From Methanocaldococcus jannaschii DSM 2661 (GTDB lineage Archaea > AGJL01 > Methanococci > Methanococcales > Methanocaldococcaceae), in the NCBI RefSeq assembly GCF_000091665.1, contig NC_000909.1, positions 593,581 to 625,580 of the forward strand: 32,000 bases of DNA, in the 5' to 3' direction. The notes under the pieces were generated by a model. It ran no database searches and was not told where the DNA came from. It saw only the letters and a list, made by a program, of their open reading frames with translations. This document shows positions 28,966 to 32,000 of this stretch, in pieces (within the stretch, counting starts at the first letter, position 1; each line of letters opens with the position of its first letter). A program made the position numbers and the translations under genes.

Positions 28966-29658
28966 ATGGAAGACATTAAAATCAAAGAGATTTTTGAAAA
29001 CATCTATGAAGTTGATTTAGGAGATGGCTTAAAAAGAATAGCAACAAAATCTATTGTTAAGGGAAAAAAAGTATATGATGAAAAAATAATAAAAATTGGA
29101 GATGAAGAGTATAGAATTTGGAATCCAAATAAAAGTAAGTTGGCAGCTGCAATAATTAAAGGTTTAAAGGTTATGCCAATAAAAAGAGATTCAAAAATCT
29201 TATACTTAGGAGCTTCAGCTGGAACTACACCATCTCACGTTGCAGATATTGCTGATAAAGGCATTGTATATGCCATAGAGTATGCACCAAGGATTATGAG
29301 AGAGCTTTTAGATGCATGTGCTGAGAGGGAAAACATAATCCCAATTTTAGGAGATGCAAATAAACCTCAAGAATATGCAAATATTGTTGAAAAGGTAGAT
29401 GTTATCTATGAGGATGTTGCTCAGCCAAATCAAGCGGAGATTTTAATTAAAAATGCTAAGTGGTTTTTAAAGAAAGGCGGTTATGGAATGATAGCAATAA
29501 AGGCAAGGAGTATAGATGTTACAAAAGACCCAAAAGAGATTTTTAAAGAACAAAAAGAAATTTTAGAGGCAGGAGGTTTTAAAATAGTTGATGAGGTAGA
29601 TATTGAGCCGTTTGAAAAAGACCACGTCATGTTTGTAGGTATTTGGGAGGGAAAATAA
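28966..29658 (+). CDS. flpA: Fibrillarin-like rRNA/tRNA 2'-O-methyltransferase
   Basis: YRIWNPNKSKLAAAI, ILYLGASAGTTPSHVADI, VYAIEYAP, DVAQPNQAEI and IAIKARSIDVT are canonical fibrillarin. GGTGA Shine-Dalgarno site upstream. Confidence 0.97.
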   Translation: MEDIKIKEIFENIYEVDLGDGLKRIATKSIVKGKKVYDEKIIKIGDEEYRIWNPNKSKLAAAIIKGLKVMPIKRDSKILYLGASAGTTPSHVADIADKGIVYAIEYAPRIMRELLDACAERENIIPILGDANKPQEYANIVEKVDVIYEDVAQPNQAEILIKNAKWFLKKGGYGMIAIKARSIDVTKDPKEIFKEQKEILEAGGFKIVDEVDIEPFEKDHVMFVGIWEGK

Positions 29659-29742
29659 CATAAAATTGGACATTAATTGGGGCTAAAAGCCCCAACTTAA
29701 TGGACGGGAGGTATCCCAATAGGAGGTCTCCTCCTATGGTTG
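29659..29742 (+). repeat. Modular hairpin element between the two fibrillarin 3' end copies
   Basis: Hairpin 1 is cattaattggggct-aaa-agccccaacttaatg (the same module as at 23584-23620, inverted). Hairpin 2 is ataggagg-tct-cctcctat. Confidence 0.8.
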
Positions 29743-29786
29743 GAGAAAGACCACATATTATGTTTGTTGGAGTTTGGGAAGGATAA
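29743..29786 (+). repeat. Displaced, partly decayed duplicate of the last ~14 codons plus stop of fibrillarin
   Basis: gagaaagaccacatattatgtttgttggagtttgggaaggataa versus 29614-29658 gaaaaagaccacgtcatgtttgtaggtatttgggagggaaaataa. The terminal part reads MFVGVWEG* versus MFVGIWEGK*. There is a 2-nt insertion and a 3-nt deletion. Confidence 0.8.
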
Positions 29787-29840
29787 AGCTTTTTTAGATA
29801 AATTTAAAATTATTTTTTAGTAAAAATGTTTGGTGGGAAT

Positions 29841-30419
29841 ATGAGGATTTTTGAAGTAATGAGGGAAACAAAAGAGACTAATATTTACCTAAAAATAAAC
29901 ATTGATGGAACTGGAAAATATAAAATAGACACGGGTATTCCATTTTTTGACCATTTGTTGGCATCTTTTGCTAAACATGGATGTTTTGATTTGATTGTTA
30001 AGGCAAGAGGGGATTTGGAGATAGATGACCACCACACTGTTGAAGATGTTGGAATTTGCTTAGGTTTAGCCTTAAATCAGATTGAAAAGAGGAATATTTT
30101 TAGATTCGGCTGGGCTATAATTCCAATGGACGATGCAAGGGCTACTGTAGCGATAGATTTAAGTGGAAGGAGTTATTGTGTAGGAAATTATGAGCCAAAA
30201 AGAGAGTTTGTTGGAGACTTAGCAACTGAGAATATAAATCACTTTTTTGAGTCAGTTGCAAGTTATGGAATGCTAAATATCCATTATGAAGTTATTGGAA
30301 AGAATGAGCATCACAAGGCAGAGGCTTTGTTTAAGGCTTTTGGAGTAGCTTTAGATTTAGCTACAAAAATTGATGAAAGGAAGGGAGTTATAAGCACTAA
30401 GGGAGAGGTTAAGCTATAA
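29841..30419 (+). CDS. hisB: Imidazoleglycerol-phosphate dehydratase
   Basis: [25 protein letters not shown] and [14 protein letters not shown] are IGPD motifs. The ATG at 29841 follows GGTGGG, so I prefer it to the track start at 29826. Confidence 0.93.
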   Translation: MRIFEVMRETKETNIYLKINIDGTGKYKIDTGIPFFDHLLASFAKHGCFDLIVKARGDLEIDDHHTVEDVGICLGLALNQIEKRNIFRFGWAIIPMDDARATVAIDLSGRSYCVGNYEPKREFVGDLATENINHFFESVASYGMLNIHYEVIGKNEHHKAEALFKAFGVALDLATKIDERKGVISTKGEVKL

Positions 30420-30517
30420 AAATTCTTTTTTATCATCTCTAAAAAAATATTTTTAAATCTCTAAAAGAATGTAATTTTAATTATTCAACAAATTTTAACC
30501 TTATCTATTTGAATATT

Positions 30518-30542
30518 CTATCCATAACAGTCTAATTTTACT
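30518..30542 (-). repeat. Possible degenerate terminal CRISPR repeat
   Basis: ctatccat-aacag-tctaattttact shares tccat and tct(g/a)atttta with the repeat but lacks about 6 central nt. It would define a second 32-nt spacer (30543-30574). Confidence 0.3.
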
Positions 30543-30574
30543 GATGAAAATAGATTAGATATACAAAAACTTCG

Positions 30575-30673
30575 TTTCCATCCTCCAAGAGGTCTGATTT
30601 TAATCTCGGAGACATATTCGACCTATGGAGAGCAGACACTAACTTTCCATCCTCCAAGAGGTCTGATTTTAAT
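30575..30673 (-). CRISPR. Mini CRISPR array: two identical 30-nt repeats and one 39-nt spacer
   Basis: Repeats at 30575-30604 and 30644-30673. Their reverse complement is attaaaatcagacctcttggaggatggaaa, which resembles the Methanocaldococcus ATTAAAATCAGACC....GGAATGGAAA repeat type. Spacer 30605-30643 is ctcggagacatattcgacctatggagagcagacactaac. Orientation is inferred from the ATGGAAA(G/C) 3' handle. Confidence 0.85.
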
Positions 30674-31113
30674 AGGAGACTTATCCACAATATAATTTAT
30701 ACGACTCTCCTAATATTTAAGCTTTTCCATACCTTATTTTTCTAAGGTTAAATAACCATCTTATAATATAAACCTTTTAGTATTTAAATCTTTTCTCCCT
30801 TTAATAAAACAGAGTATTTTTATCTTTCTAAATTCAAAAATTTAACTTATTTGTTAGAGAAATTTTATTTACTTGCCTAATTAATCTTAATTTTTAAAAA
30901 TCCAAATAATTTAATTAAGTTAAATATTCTAAACAATCAAACCAGCAAACCCTTAGAAATTAAATTTAAAACCTCTAAATAAATAAATAATTCCTAAATA
31001 CTCTCATTTCTAAATTCCAAACTTATACAACAAGACAATCCATAAACCAAATAACAAAATTAAAAATCCTAAAACCCTAATAATAAATTATAAACAAATA
31101 TTCTATAAATGTC
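30674..31113 (-). promoter_or_regulatory. Putative CRISPR leader (about 440-bp non-coding AT-rich tract)
   Basis: No ORF. It lies on the side of the array that is upstream given the repeat orientation. Its size is consistent with the long repeat unit reported next to the short-repeat arrays in M. jannaschii. Confidence 0.6.
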
Positions 31114-32000
31114 TTATTCTTCATTTTCCATTAAGCTAAAATCTACAACATCTCCCTTTTCACATCTTGTAACTACAGAAGCAATAATATTCTTTGAAAA
31201 CAAAATGGCATTTGTTGGTTTTATAAAGGTAAAGACAGCTTTAAAGCCCTCATCTACTAAACCAACATTCTCAAGCTTTAATATCTTTGCGTTGTTTATT
31301 GTTGCCATTCTCAAGATATCCTTTGGTTCTATGTGGTAGAGCTTATAAATGAAGTCCATTTCTTTAAATATTGAAGGAGAGTTTGCCATAAAGTTATCTG
31401 TTCCAATCCCAACCAATAAGTTGTCGTTAAGCTCATTCAACTTTGGCATTCCTACATTAAAGGATAGATTAGCTCTTACACAAGCAACAACTGGAATATT
31501 ATTTTCTTTTAATAGCTCTAAGTCATTATCTGTTAAATGTGTCCCATGAACAATAAAATCTGGTTTTATTTTTAAATCTATTAATCTCTCAACCTCTGTC
31601 ATACCATATTTGTTTAAGCTGTATTCCACAGCCCCCCTATGCTCAGCTGCGTGTATGGCAAATAATTTCTTATCATCTTTTTCTTTAAACTTCTTAAAGA
31701 TTTTAAAAATCAATTTTAGCTCATCATCTTTAAACTCATTAGCCCCACTTAGCCCTAAACCATTAGAGACTTTTAAAACTTCTTCAATCTCATCTTTATC
31801 AACCTTTATAGGCCTTCCTAAGATTATTGCCTTTGGATAATCATAGCATTTTAAAGCTTTATTTAATAGACTAATCCCTCTTACTCCATTTTCTCTAAAA
31901 TCACAAAAATATTTTATTCCATGCTCTCTCATATCTCCTAAACCAAGTTTCATGCCTTCAGCTAATAAATCATCGCTACACTCAGTCAAATATCTATGCT
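31114..32000 (-). CDS. Metal-dependent amidohydrolase superfamily protein (chlorohydrolase/deaminase-like); N-terminus lies outside the window
   Basis: IHAAEH, VHGTHL and GIGTDN match the conserved His/His/Asp metal ligands of the amidohydrolase fold. The frame stays open past the TTG at 31989 to the window edge. Confidence 0.7.
   Translation of the reverse strand, partial: HRYLTECSDDLLAEGMKLGLGDMREHGIKYFCDFRENGVRGISLLNKALKCYDYPKAIILGRPIKVDKDEIEEVLKVSNGLGLSGANEFKDDELKLIFKIFKKFKEKDDKKLFAIHAAEHRGAVEYSLNKYGMTEVERLIDLKIKPDFIVHGTHLTDNDLELLKENNIPVVACVRANLSFNVGMPKLNELNDNLLVGIGTDNFMANSPSIFKEMDFIYKLYHIEPKDILRMATINNAKILKLENVGLVDEGFKAVFTFIKPTNAILFSKNIIASVVTRCEKGDVVDFSLMENEE

Noticed and set aside
30538-30600. 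A possible C/D box sRNA (ctgatga at 30541-30547 and ctga at 30594-30597). Another atgatg lies near 14325.
   Set aside because: The ctga belongs to the CRISPR repeat, and the ctgatga lies just past the end of the degenerate repeat. There are no complementary terminal stems and no internal C'/D' boxes. The 14325 site has tgatgt and no D box.
30420-31113. A search for cas genes or further arrays next to the CRISPR repeats.
   Set aside because: There are no ORFs of any size in the leader tract. The flanking genes are hisB and an amidohydrolase, so the array is orphan within this window.

Overview
This is an AT-rich, densely packed archaeal chromosome segment, almost certainly Methanocaldococcus (M. 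jannaschii-like). From memory it matches roughly the MJ0667-MJ0699 neighbourhood; I could not check this.

Most of the window is housekeeping. It holds:
- an AMP/thymidine-phosphorylase 3' fragment and a DEAD-box helicase
- a riboflavin-pathway reductase and an ion-transporter-superfamily permease
- ribosomal proteins S8e, S19e and L39e (L39e is below the ORF-track size cutoff)
- two radical-SAM proteins, a BpsA/DUF43-like protein, hypE and pdxS
- a split transketolase flanking rpe
- rtcB interrupted by a 488-aa LAGLIDADG intein
- an aminotransferase, a CooC-like ATPase, tRNA-Cys, nop5, fibrillarin, hisB and an amidohydrolase fragment

Accessory content:
- a solitary DUF262/DUF1524 (GmrSD-like) nuclease gene
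- a 2-repeat orphan CRISPR array with a ~440-bp AT-rich leader
- a four-ORF small-membrane-protein cassette that splits the usual nop5-fibrillarin pair
- two families of short palindromic elements

The most interesting signal involves four modular hairpin elements. Each sits exactly at the 3' terminus of a conserved gene: hypE, rpl39e, tRNA-Cys and fibrillarin. Each is bracketed by a direct duplication of that gene's last 23-66 nt. In the protein-coding cases the two copies differ almost entirely at codon wobble positions (10 of 10 differences for hypE). So both copies evolved as coding sequence. This points to a gene-end-replacing, att-like or Campbell-type insertion rather than an ordinary target-site duplication.
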